NCBI GenBank assembly: GCA_944321735.1
Contig: CALUMK010000007.1
Span: forward strand, 17,864-81,863
DNA length: 64,000 nucleotides
Source of the DNA: an uncultured Bacteroidales bacterium
Lineage (GTDB): Bacteria; Bacteroidota; Bacteroidia; Bacteroidales; P3
Reading direction: 5' to 3'
Each line of letters begins with the position of its first letter. Position 1 is the first letter of the stretch. The notes beneath the pieces were generated by a model that ran no database searches, was not told the DNA's origin, and worked only from the letters and a program-made list of their open reading frames with translations. The position numbers and the translations under genes are program-made. Positions 17,236 to 26,166 of this stretch are shown piece after piece.

Positions 17236-18777
17236 ATGCTCTACCCGATTGGAATCCAGAATTTTGAAAGTATCCGTCAAGGCGGTTACGTTTATGTGGA
17301 CAAGACCCATTTGATTCATCAGCTTGCCACTACCGGCAAATATTATTTCCTGAGCCGCCCACGCCGCTTCGGGAAGAGCCTCTTGGTTTCCACGATGGAG
17401 GACTATTTCCAAGGGAAAAAGGAACTGTTCAAAGGCTTGGCCATCGAGAAATTGGAAAAGGACTGGACAGAATACCCGGTGCTGCATCTGGATTTGAGCG
17501 GCGTGACCTATACCGATGAAAACGTCTTGAACGAGAAGATGGAAAACACCTTGAGCCAATGGGAGCAGACATACGGGATAGCCAATACTTTCACGGTGGA
17601 TGGGATTCGTTTTGAAAACATTATCAAGACCGCTTATTCTCAAACCGGTAAACCCGTTGTAATCCTAATCGACGAGTACGACAAGCCTTTATTGGACACG
17701 GCTGGCAACGAGCCTCTGCGGGAAGCCATCCGCAGCCGCCTGCAAGGCTTCTACAGCGTTATGAAATCGCAGGACGGCAAAATCCGCTTCGGCTTCCTGA
17801 CCGGCATAACCAAGCTTGGAAAGCTCAGCATCTTCAGCGGACTCAACAATCTTAACGACATCTCGATGGATTACCGTTACGCGGACATCTGCGGAATCTC
17901 GGAGAAAGACCTGCATGCTTATTTCGATGAAAGCGTACAGGAAATGGCTGAGGCAAACAAGATGTCAAAAGAAGAATGTTACGCTCGATTGAAAGAGTAT
18001 TACGACGGATACCATTTCTGCGAGGACTCCGAAGACATTTACAACCCGTTCAGCCTGCTCAGCGCCCTCAATGGCAAGAGATTTCGTGACTATTGGTACG
18101 AAACCGGCACCCCCACCTTCGTGGTCAAAGCTTTACAAAGAGGACAATTCAACTTGGAGGGCCTGACCTTGGAAGGCGTTCCGGCATTCGTCTTAGGCGG
18201 CGTAAACGCCGATGATTCCGACCCGGTGCCTGTCCTCTACCAGAGCGGCTACCTGACCATCCAAAGCTATGATAATCAAACCCAGGAATACACCTTGAAG
18301 TATCCCAACCAGGAGGTGGAACGCGGCTTCATGCAAGGCTTGGCCAATATTTTCGTGCCTTCCGCGCGGTACAACAGCCCGTTCGCGGTCAGGAAATTCG
18401 CGGAGGACTTCAAAAAAGGCGATACCGAAAGCCTGATGAAACGCTTCGAGGCCTTCTTTGCCGATGCCGACTATGAAATTGTAGGTGACGCTGAACTGTA
18501 TTTCCAAAACACGATGTACGTGATGTGCAAGCTGATGGGACAGTACGTGCAGGTGGAACGCCATACAAGTGATGGCCGCATGGACATCGTGGTGCAGACC
18601 GACAAGTACGTCTATATCATGGAACTGAAAATGGATGCCAGCGCGGACGAGGCCTTGCAGCAAATCGAGGACAAGGGCTATGCCAAGCCCTTCGCCGCCG
18701 ACCCGCGAAAGCTATTCAGGATTGGCGTTGGCTTCTCCAGCGAGACGAGACGGATCAAGGAATGGAAAATGGCATAG
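17236..18777 (+). CDS. AAA-ATPase-like + PD-(D/E)XK nuclease family protein, array copy B (513 aa)
   Basis: Track ORF 17215..18777. By homology with copy A the start is ATG 17236 (MLYPIGIQNF). Motifs are the same as in copy A. Confidence 0.8.
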   Translation: MLYPIGIQNFESIRQGGYVYVDKTHLIHQLATTGKYYFLSRPRRFGKSLLVSTMEDYFQGKKELFKGLAIEKLEKDWTEYPVLHLDLSGVTYTDENVLNEKMENTLSQWEQTYGIANTFTVDGIRFENIIKTAYSQTGKPVVILIDEYDKPLLDTAGNEPLREAIRSRLQGFYSVMKSQDGKIRFGFLTGITKLGKLSIFSGLNNLNDISMDYRYADICGISEKDLHAYFDESVQEMAEANKMSKEECYARLKEYYDGYHFCEDSEDIYNPFSLLSALNGKRFRDYWYETGTPTFVVKALQRGQFNLEGLTLEGVPAFVLGGVNADDSDPVPVLYQSGYLTIQSYDNQTQEYTLKYPNQEVERGFMQGLANIFVPSARYNSPFAVRKFAEDFKKGDTESLMKRFEAFFADADYEIVGDAELYFQNTMYVMCKLMGQYVQVERHTSDGRMDIVVQTDKYVYIMELKMDASADEALQQIEDKGYAKPFAADPRKLFRIGVGFSSETRRIKEWKMA

Positions 18778-18859
18778 TCATTATTGTTTCTGTATCGGTA
18801 GAAAAGAGTTCGGCATGTCCGGGTCCATTCAAAATCAAGTCGGCATTCCGGAAAAATGC

Positions 18860-18867
18860 TAACTTTG
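18860..18867 (+). promoter_or_regulatory. -7 promoter box TAACTTTG for array copy C
   Basis: Exact TAnnTTTG match, 101 nt upstream of ATG 18968. Confidence 0.5.
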
Positions 18868-18967
18868 TCTGTTAGCGGGAGGCCTGCGTCCGGCAATCTC
18901 CCAACGGACGATGCGGTTGCCCTCAGCAAGCTCTAGCAGACCGCTGTTTGACAAAAAACATCATGCC

Positions 18968-20509
18968 ATGCTGTACCCGATTGGAATCCAGAACTTTGAA
19001 AGCATCCGCCAAGGCGGTTACGTTTATGTGGACAAGACCAATTTGATTCATCAGCTTGCCACTACCGGCAAATATTATTTCCTGAGCCGCCCTCGCCGTT
19101 TCGGGAAGAGCCTCTTGGTTTCCACGATGGAGGCCTACTTCCAAGGGAAAAAGGCACTGTTCAAAGGCTTGGCCATCGAGAAATTGGAAAAGGACTGGAC
19201 GGCTTACCCGGTCTTGCATCTGGATTTAGGGGGCAAAACCTACCGGAATGAAGAGGATCTGGAAATCACACTGAACCAGCATTTGCTCCAATGGGAACAA
19301 GACTTCGATATCAAAGCCCTATATACGGAACCCGATGCCCGCTTCAAAGACATCATCGACACCGTTTGCAAAAAGATCGGCCAGCAGGTAGTCATCCTGA
19401 TTGACGAATACGACAAGCCTATTATGGATGCCTTGGAGAACCGAAGCCTCCGCGATGCCTTCCGCAGCCGCTTGTCCGGTTTCTACAGCGTGATGAAATC
19501 CAAGGACGGGAACATCAAGTTCGGCTTCCTGACCGGCGTGACCAAGCTCGGCAAACTCAGCATTTTCAGTGGCCTCAACAACCTCAAGGACATCTCGATG
19601 GATTACCGCTACGCAGATATCTGCGGCATCTCGGAAACCGACCTTCATGCCTATTTCACAGAAAGCGTGCGCGAATTGGCAGAAGCCAGCCGCCTTAGCG
19701 AAGAAGCCTGCTATGCCAAGCTGAAAGATTATTACGACGGATACCATTTCTGCGAGGGATCTGCCGATATCTACAATCCTTTCAGCCTGCTCAGCACACT
19801 CGACAGCCACCGCTTCAACGATTACTGGTATGAGACCGGCACGCCCACCTTCGTGGCAAAGGCTTTGGCCAAAGGGAAGTACAACTTGGAAAACCTGACC
19901 CTCGACAAAGTGCCGTCCACGGTCTTGAGCGGCATCAACATTGAGGACATCGACCCTGTCACGCTGCTTTACCAAAGCGGCTATCTGACCATCCAGTCTT
20001 ACGAGGATCGTATCCGGATGTACGTCCTCAAATACCCCAACCAGGAGGTGGAGCGTGGCTTCATGGACTGCCTGTCGAAGGTCTATATGCCTACGCTCAA
20101 CTACACCAGCCCGTTTGCTGTTTACAAATTCGTGGAGGATTTCGAGAAAGGCGATGCCGAAAGCCTGATGAAACGTTTCGAGGCCTTCTTTGCCGATGCC
20201 GACTATGAAATTGTAGGTAATGCCGAACTCTACTTCCAAAACACGATGTACGTGATGTGCAAGCTGATGGGGCAATATACCCAAGTGGAACGCCACACCA
20301 GCAACGGCCGGATGGACATTCTGGTGCAGACCGACAAGTACATCTATATCATGGAACTGAAGATGGATGCCAGCGCGGACGAGGCCTTGAAACAAATCGA
20401 GGACAAAGGCTATGCGAAGCCTTTCGCCGCCGACCCGCGTAAACTCTTCAAGATAGGTGTCGGCTTCTCCAGCGAGACGAGACGGATCAAGGAATGGAAG
20501 ATGGCATAG
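18968..20509 (+). CDS. AAA-ATPase-like + PD-(D/E)XK nuclease family protein, array copy C (513 aa)
   Basis: Track ORF 18911..20509; the homologous start is ATG 18968. The 3' tract 20279-20433 is identical to copy A 15811-15965. Confidence 0.8.
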   Translation: MLYPIGIQNFESIRQGGYVYVDKTNLIHQLATTGKYYFLSRPRRFGKSLLVSTMEAYFQGKKALFKGLAIEKLEKDWTAYPVLHLDLGGKTYRNEEDLEITLNQHLLQWEQDFDIKALYTEPDARFKDIIDTVCKKIGQQVVILIDEYDKPIMDALENRSLRDAFRSRLSGFYSVMKSKDGNIKFGFLTGVTKLGKLSIFSGLNNLKDISMDYRYADICGISETDLHAYFTESVRELAEASRLSEEACYAKLKDYYDGYHFCEGSADIYNPFSLLSTLDSHRFNDYWYETGTPTFVAKALAKGKYNLENLTLDKVPSTVLSGINIEDIDPVTLLYQSGYLTIQSYEDRIRMYVLKYPNQEVERGFMDCLSKVYMPTLNYTSPFAVYKFVEDFEKGDAESLMKRFEAFFADADYEIVGNAELYFQNTMYVMCKLMGQYTQVERHTSNGRMDILVQTDKYIYIMELKMDASADEALKQIEDKGYAKPFAADPRKLFKIGVGFSSETRRIKEWKMA

Positions 20510-20591
20510 TCATTATTGTTTCTGTATCGGTAGAAAAGAGTTCGGCATGTCCGGATCCATTCAAAATCAAGTCGGCATTCCGGGAAAATGC

Positions 20592-20599
20592 TAACTTTG
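20592..20599 (+). promoter_or_regulatory. -7 promoter box TAACTTTG for array copy D
   Basis: Exact TAnnTTTG match, 101 nt upstream of ATG 20700. Confidence 0.5.
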
Positions 20600-20699
20600 C
20601 CTGTTAGCGGGAGGCCTGCGTCCGGCAATCTCCCAACGGACGATGCGGTTGCCCTCAGCAAGCTCTAGCAGACCGCTGTTTGACAAAAAACATCATGCC

Positions 20700-22241
20700 A
20701 TGCTGTACCCGATTGGAATCCAGAACTTTGAAAGCATCCGCCAAGGCGGTTACGTTTATGTGGACAAGACCCATTTGATTCATCAGCTTGCCACTACCGG
20801 CAAATATTATTTCCTGAGCCGCCCACGCCGCTTCGGGAAGAGCCTCTTGGTTTCCACGATGGAGGACTATTTCCAAGGGAAAAAGGAACTGTTCAAAGGC
20901 TTGGCCATCGAGAAATTGGAAAAAGACTGGACAGAATACCCGGTGCTGCATCTGGATCTGAGCGGAAAAACCTACAATAAGGCCGAAGATTTGGACATGA
21001 TTTTGGATATGCACTTATGCCAATGGGAAAAAACTATCGGTATGCAAGCCCGATATTCCGAACCTGATCTCCGTTTTCAGTCCATCATCGACACCGCCTA
21101 CGAATTGACAGGAAAATGGGTGGTAATTTTGATTGACGAATACGACAAGCCGCTTCTGGACTCGGCGGGCAACGAATCGCTCCGGGAGGCGTTCCGCAGC
21201 CGCCTGCAAGGCTTCTACAGCGTGATGAAGAGCCAGGACGGCAAACTCCGCTTCGGCTTCCTCACCGGGGTCACCAAACTTGGAAAACTCAGCATCTTCA
21301 GCGGCCTCAACAACGTGGAAGACATTTCACTGAGCCGCACCTACGCCGACCTCTGCGGCATCTCGGAAGCCGACCTCCACCATTATTTCACCCAAAGCGT
21401 GCAGGAACTGGCTCAAGCCAACGAATTGACCCAAGAGGAATGCTTCGCCCAGCTCAAGGATTACTACGACGGTTACCATTTCGCCCCGGACACGCCGGAC
21501 ATCTACAACCCTTTCAGCCTGTTCCGCTGCCTCAAGAGCCGGGAATTCGGCGATTACTGGTACGAGACCGGTACGCCCACCTTCGTTATCAAGGCCCTGC
21601 AACGCGGCCAGTACGACTTGGCAGATTTGAGTCTGACCCCGGTTCCCGCCTCTTGCTTAAATGGGGTCAACGCCGATGATTCCGACCCGGTCCCCGTCCT
21701 CTACCAGAGCGGCTACCTGACCATCAAAGCCTATGACAAGCAGACGAAGGAATACACCTTGGGCTATCCTAACCAGGAGGTGGAACGCGGCTTCATGCAA
21801 GGCTTGGCCAATATTTTCGTGCCTTCCGCGCGGTACAACAGCCCGTTCGCGGTCAGGAAATTCGCGGAGGACTTCAAAAAAGGCGATACCGAAAGCCTGA
21901 TGAAACGCTTCGAGGCCTTCTTTGCCGATGCCGACTATGAAATTGTAGGTGACGCTGAACTGTATTTCCAAAACACGATGTACGTGATGTGCAAATTGAT
22001 GGGGCAATACACGCAGGTGGAACGCCATACCAGCAACGGCCGGATGGACATTGTAGTCCAGACTGACAAATACATCTATATCCTGGAACTGAAGATGGAT
22101 GCCAGCGCGGACGAAGCCTTGCAGCAAATCGAGGACAAGGGCTATGCCAAGCCCTTTGCCGCCGATCCTCGCAAGCTCTTCAAAATCGGCATCGGCTTCG
22201 CCAGCCAGACGCGGCGAATCGAGGAGTGGAAAATGGCTTGA
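20700..22241 (+). CDS. AAA-ATPase-like + PD-(D/E)XK nuclease family protein, array copy D (513 aa)
   Basis: Track ORF 20643..22241; the homologous start is ATG 20700. Tracts 20742-20923 and 21773-21994 are identical to copy B 17278-17459 and 18309-18530. Residues ~89-140 resemble copy A instead. Confidence 0.8.
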   Translation: MLYPIGIQNFESIRQGGYVYVDKTHLIHQLATTGKYYFLSRPRRFGKSLLVSTMEDYFQGKKELFKGLAIEKLEKDWTEYPVLHLDLSGKTYNKAEDLDMILDMHLCQWEKTIGMQARYSEPDLRFQSIIDTAYELTGKWVVILIDEYDKPLLDSAGNESLREAFRSRLQGFYSVMKSQDGKLRFGFLTGVTKLGKLSIFSGLNNVEDISLSRTYADLCGISEADLHHYFTQSVQELAQANELTQEECFAQLKDYYDGYHFAPDTPDIYNPFSLFRCLKSREFGDYWYETGTPTFVIKALQRGQYDLADLSLTPVPASCLNGVNADDSDPVPVLYQSGYLTIKAYDKQTKEYTLGYPNQEVERGFMQGLANIFVPSARYNSPFAVRKFAEDFKKGDTESLMKRFEAFFADADYEIVGDAELYFQNTMYVMCKLMGQYTQVERHTSNGRMDIVVQTDKYIYILELKMDASADEALQQIEDKGYAKPFAADPRKLFKIGIGFASQTRRIEEWKMA

Positions 22242-22247
22242 TACCTA

Positions 22248-22280
22248 TTCGTTACGAAATAAAATCGTAACAAAGTTTTG
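22248..22280 (+). terminator. Candidate intrinsic terminator closing the array
   Basis: TTCGTTACGA (22248-22257) pairs with TCGTAACAAA (22265-22274) at 9 of 10 positions around a 7-nt loop, followed by GTTTTG. Confidence 0.45.
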
Positions 22281-22427
22281 CTTACTTTGCAAAATTGGCC
22301 GTGTATGCAGGTCTTATTGGCGAAAATCGGCGGAAAGGCCTGTCCTCACGGTGAATCTTGCCGATGTCAAGAGGCCGGATTTTGTATAGGTATCGCCCTA
22401 TAAAGCCCTATAAACAAGTATAGTATC

Positions 22428-24782
22428 ATGGCAAAAAAGAAGGATTTCCCTGTTCTGGAACGGGACTTGAGCTGGATGTATTTCAATCGGCGTATCTTGC
22501 AGGAAGCTTGCAAGGACAATGTGCCCTTGCTGGAACGGCTTTCGTTCCTCGGCATCTATTCCAATAACTTGGACGAGTTCTTCCGGGTCCGGGTCGCTAC
22601 CCAGAGCCGGATTGCCGAATACCAGGATCGTTTCGACAACAAGGAAAGCCAGGCCGCGCTGAAGCTGATCAAGAAGATAAACAAGCTCAACAGCCTTTAT
22701 TCCGAAGACTATTCCGCTGCGGTGGAGCATGTTACCGAGCTGTTGCGCAACGAGAATATCTATCTGATTTCTGAAAAGGAGGTCAGCGCGGATCAGATGG
22801 CCTTTGTCCAGGACTTCTATCGTCAAAAGCTTAACGGCTTCGTGGTCCCGGTCTGGTTCAGCGCCACCAAGGAATTAGGCAACGAGACCGATGAAAGCAT
22901 CTACTTGGCCGTCAAGATGTGGGGCGGGAATCAGAAACCCCAGGAGGACTATGCGTTTCTCGAAGTGCCGGTTAAGATTTGCGGCCGTTTCGTGCGCCTG
23001 CCCGACAAGGAAGGCAAGAGCTATTTGATGTATGTGGACGATGTGCTGCGTTGCTGCCTGCCTTTGGTTTTTGCCGGTTTGGGTTACGAGGAGTTCGAAG
23101 CCTATGCCTTCAAGTTTACCCGCGATGCCGAGATGGAGATAGACAACGACCCTCGAAACGGGGTATTGCAGAAGATTTCCAAGGGCTTGAAGAGCCGGAA
23201 GCGAGGGGAGCCTTTGCGGGTGGTCTATGATGCCACGATGCCCAAGGATCTCCAGAAGCGGGTGTTCCGTCTGATGGACTTGGACAAGCTGGATACCGTT
23301 CTGGGCAGCGGCCGGTACCAGAACCATAAGGACTTGATGTCTTTTCCCGATTGCGGTCGGAAAAACCTCAAGTATCCGGCCTGGCCGTCCTTGCTCAAGC
23401 CTGAATTGGACGGTTCGGACTGTATTTTGGACAAGATTCTGGAGAAAGACCGGTTCCTGCATGTGCCTTACCATAGTTTCGATTCCTTTATCCGTGTCTT
23501 GCAGGAAGCCGCTATCAGCCGCCGGGTCAAGAGCATCAAGATTTCCCTGTACCGTTTGGCGCGGGAGTCGAAAGTGGTGAAAGCCTTGATTGGCGCGGCC
23601 CGTAACGGTAAGAAAGTGACGGTGGTCATTGAATTGCTGGCACGTTTCGACGAGGTTTCCAACATCGAGTGGTCCAAGAAGATGCAGGAAGCCGGTATCA
23701 AGGTGGTGTTCGGGGTCGAGGGCTTGAAAGTCCATTCCAAGATTCTGCATATCGGCATGAAGACCGGACCCGACATTGCTTGCATCAGTACCGGGAACTT
23801 CCACGAGGGCAATGCCCGTACCTATACCGATTGCATTTTGATGACGGCAGCCGAGCGCATTACCAAGGACGTGTCCGCGGTTTTCGATTTCATCGAGCGG
23901 CCTTACCGGCAGGCGCGTTTCCGGGAGCTTCTGGTGTCGCCCAACCGTATGCGCAACAAATTCGAGCAGCTGATTCAGAACGAGATTCTGAACAAAAAAG
24001 CGGGGAAGCCGGCGTATATCAAGGTGAAAGTGAACCATATCACCGACTTGAAGATGGTGTCGAAGCTTTACGAGGCGGCTCAATGCGGGGTCGAGGTGGA
24101 TTTGCTGGTCCGGGGAAATTGTTCCTTGATGCCGGAGAAGGCTGGTTTGTCCGACCACATGAAGGTTTGCGGTATCATCGACCGCTATTTGGAACACGCG
24201 CGCATCTTCATCTTTGCCAATGGAGGGAACGAGTTGGTTTACATGGGTTCTGCGGACTGGATGACCCGGAACCTCGACAATCGGATTGAAGTCGTCACCC
24301 CGGTTTACGATGCCCGGATTAAGGAAGAATTGAGGCTGATTGTGGATTACGGCTTGGCGGATACCTCCCAGGGCCGTTTGGTGGATGGCAGTGGGGAGAA
24401 CCTGTCGTGGAAAGGTTTGGTTGAAACCGACTTGGAACCCAGGCTTTTCCGCTCCCAGGAGGCTTTGTATGCGCATTACGCGGCGGAAATGGAAGGCAGT
24501 GAAGCTCCTGGAGCTTTATCCGAGGATGCCGGAACCGGCACGGCTTCCGAGCTACCGGTCTCCGGAACACGAGGACGCAAGGCAACGGCTTCCAAGTCCC
24601 GGCAGTCCGGAAGTTCGGCCTTGGTTTCCACGGAAAAGGCTCCCAAGCAGGGAACCCGGACGCGGACGGGAAAGAGTACAGACAAGGCCGTTCAGGCGCA
24701 GCCGGAACAAGAGGCAAAACCGGATAAAGGGCTGGTATCGGGAAAGGTGGCGCGTTCCCGGCCCCGGAACACAAAGTCCTGA
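22428..24782 (+). CDS. ppk1: Polyphosphate kinase 1 with a ~100-aa basic low-complexity C-terminal extension
   Basis: The N-terminus ERDLSWMYFNRRILQEACKDNVPLLERLSFLGIYSNNLDEFFRVRVA is the conserved PPK1 start, and the two PLD-like C-terminal domains are present. The tail from ~aa 680 is rich in S/T/G/K/R/A (GTRGRKATASKSRQSGSS...KVARSRPRNTKS). Confidence 0.9.
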   Translation: MAKKKDFPVLERDLSWMYFNRRILQEACKDNVPLLERLSFLGIYSNNLDEFFRVRVATQSRIAEYQDRFDNKESQAALKLIKKINKLNSLYSEDYSAAVEHVTELLRNENIYLISEKEVSADQMAFVQDFYRQKLNGFVVPVWFSATKELGNETDESIYLAVKMWGGNQKPQEDYAFLEVPVKICGRFVRLPDKEGKSYLMYVDDVLRCCLPLVFAGLGYEEFEAYAFKFTRDAEMEIDNDPRNGVLQKISKGLKSRKRGEPLRVVYDATMPKDLQKRVFRLMDLDKLDTVLGSGRYQNHKDLMSFPDCGRKNLKYPAWPSLLKPELDGSDCILDKILEKDRFLHVPYHSFDSFIRVLQEAAISRRVKSIKISLYRLARESKVVKALIGAARNGKKVTVVIELLARFDEVSNIEWSKKMQEAGIKVVFGVEGLKVHSKILHIGMKTGPDIACISTGNFHEGNARTYTDCILMTAAERITKDVSAVFDFIERPYRQARFRELLVSPNRMRNKFEQLIQNEILNKKAGKPAYIKVKVNHITDLKMVSKLYEAAQCGVEVDLLVRGNCSLMPEKAGLSDHMKVCGIIDRYLEHARIFIFANGGNELVYMGSADWMTRNLDNRIEVVTPVYDARIKEELRLIVDYGLADTSQGRLVDGSGENLSWKGLVETDLEPRLFRSQEALYAHYAAEMEGSEAPGALSEDAGTGTASELPVSGTRGRKATASKSRQSGSSALVSTEKAPKQGTRTRTGKSTDKAVQAQPEQEAKPDKGLVSGKVARSRPRNTKS

Positions 24783-24997
24783 GGGCTGTTTGAAAGCTCT
24801 TGCTGTTTATTCGTTGTTTGTCATCCACTTGCATGGATGATAAACGAGTTCGGAAAACTGGTTTCGTTACTGGCAAGCTGTCGGTTCAACTTTTGGTTGG
24901 GCAACCCGGTTTTCCGGGCATCATGAAGAAGCTCCTATCCAGATATGTACCGACAAAGGTCTTTATTCGGATTGAACCTGTCATTAATTGATTGGAA

Positions 24998-25933
24998 ATG
25001 AAAAAGACAAAGAAGAAAATCCTGACTTACGCGGCCATCGACATCGGGTCGAACGCCGTCCGGCTCCTGATAAAGCAGATTGACGAAAAGTCGGCAAACA
25101 AGTTTTCCAAGCTTTGCATGTTGCGCGTGCCTCTGCGCTTGGGTTTCGATGTGTTCGCCACCAGCAAGATCAGTCCGGAGAAAGAACGCAAGATGCTCCG
25201 CCTGATGAAGGCTTACCGCCTTCTGATGAAAGTCTATGAAGTGGACGATTACCGCGCTTGCGCCACTTCGGCCATGCGCGATGCTTCCAACGGCAAGGAA
25301 ATCATTGCCAAGATAGAGAAGAGCACCGGCATCCGGATCGAGATCATCGACGGGCAGGAGGAAGCCCGGATTATCTACAATAACCATATCGAATACATGG
25401 GCGACCGCCACGGCAACTACATGTATGTGGACGTGGGCGGCGGCAGCACCGAGGTCAACTTCCTTTCCGGCGGCAAGCTTTTGTTTTCCCATTCTTACAA
25501 TATCGGTACCGTGCGTATGCTGAACCATGCTGTACGGGAGATACAATGGGAAGACCTTCAGCGCGATATGGAGAAACTGTCCAAGAAGTATCCCGATATT
25601 TCCATCATCGGTTCGGGCGGCAATATCAACAAGCTCTACCGCTTGGCGAGGGTCAAGGACCGGGAGGCTTTGGCGATGCCGGTTTCGGAGCTGAAACGTC
25701 TGTATAACGAGCTTAAGGATATGTCTTTGCAGGAACGTATGGATGCTTTCGAACTCAAGGCCGACCGGGCGGACGTTATCGTGCCGGCTTCCGAGATATT
25801 CCTGGCCATATCCTCTTTTGTGAAAGCCGATACCATTTATGTGCCGGTCATCGGCTTGGCCGACGGCATCATCGACGGCCTCTATGCCAAGAACCGTCTT
25901 GTCCGGCCGAAGAACCAAGCCGAGAAGAATTAA
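24998..25933 (+). CDS. ppx: Exopolyphosphatase (Ppx/GppA family)
   Basis: AAIDIGSNAVRLLI..., ACATSAMRDASNG and VDVGGGSTEV are ASKHA-fold Ppx/GppA motifs. Track start 24992 is TTG; the ATG at 24998 gives MKKTKKKIL. It lies next to ppk1. Confidence 0.85.
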   Translation: MKKTKKKILTYAAIDIGSNAVRLLIKQIDEKSANKFSKLCMLRVPLRLGFDVFATSKISPEKERKMLRLMKAYRLLMKVYEVDDYRACATSAMRDASNGKEIIAKIEKSTGIRIEIIDGQEEARIIYNNHIEYMGDRHGNYMYVDVGGGSTEVNFLSGGKLLFSHSYNIGTVRMLNHAVREIQWEDLQRDMEKLSKKYPDISIIGSGGNINKLYRLARVKDREALAMPVSELKRLYNELKDMSLQERMDAFELKADRADVIVPASEIFLAISSFVKADTIYVPVIGLADGIIDGLYAKNRLVRPKNQAEKN

Positions 25934-26013
25934 ACCGATTCTTTTCCGGGATTCTCCAACACTTCCCCAGGACTCGGATCAATGTCTTGGCTTATCCGTT
26001 TCCCTTGTGCCAA

Positions 26014-26109
26014 ATCGCAATTTTCGGTAAAATTTTGTGGTTGTAATCGCAATTTTCGGTAAAATTTCGTGGTTGTAATCGCAATTTTCGGTAAAATTTC
26101 GTGGTTGAA
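26014..26109. repeat. Three contiguous 32-bp direct repeats (iteron-like) immediately upstream of the promoter of the DUF4143 ATPase gene
   Basis: ATCGCAATTTTCGGTAAAATTT(T/C)GTGGTTG(T/A)A starts at 26014, 26046 and 26078. TTTCG half-sites are spaced 11 and 21 bp alternately. Confidence 0.85.
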
Positions 26110-26122
26110 CCTATTCTTTTCT

Positions 26123-26130
26123 TATCTTTG
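26123..26130 (+). promoter_or_regulatory. -7 promoter box TATCTTTG for the DUF4143 ATPase gene
   Basis: Exact TAnnTTTG match, 37 nt upstream of ATG 26167 and 14 nt downstream of the 32-bp repeats. Confidence 0.5.
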
Positions 26131-26166
26131 CAAGCCAATAGGAGCCGCTTTATAAAATTCTGTGTC

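Larger units (their letters stand above)
17046..22241 (+). repeat. Three tandem 1732-bp units, each with a 190-bp spacer (promoter and leader) plus a 1542-bp gene
   Basis: Gene starts 17236, 18968 and 20700 are exactly 1732 bp apart, and stops 18777, 20509 and 22241 likewise. Spacers 18778-18967 and 20510-20699 are nearly identical. Confidence 0.9.

Noticed and set aside
18678-18929. An 83-aa minus-strand ORF (MLRATASSVGRLPDAGLPL...) that recurs at 20410..20661 and at the start of 16642..17196.
   Set aside because: Its recurrence is fully explained by the duplication of the array spacer and leader. Beyond the ~30 residues that overlap the conserved leader, the copy near 17196 diverges completely at the protein level. 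There is no independent coding signal.
18864-18960. A long-range pairing TTTGTCTGTTAGCGG ... CCGCTGTTTGACAAA that would enclose the whole array leader.
   Set aside because: The 5' arm overlaps the -7 promoter box and would lie upstream of the transcription start, so it would not be in the RNA. The 3' arm is also not conserved in copy A (CCGCTGTTGCGTAAAA).
26014-26109. Whether the 32-bp repeats are a small CRISPR array.
   Set aside because: The three repeats are directly contiguous with no spacers, there are no cas genes in the window, and the repeats sit just upstream of a promoter box. They are a tandem repeat or operator-type element, not a CRISPR array.
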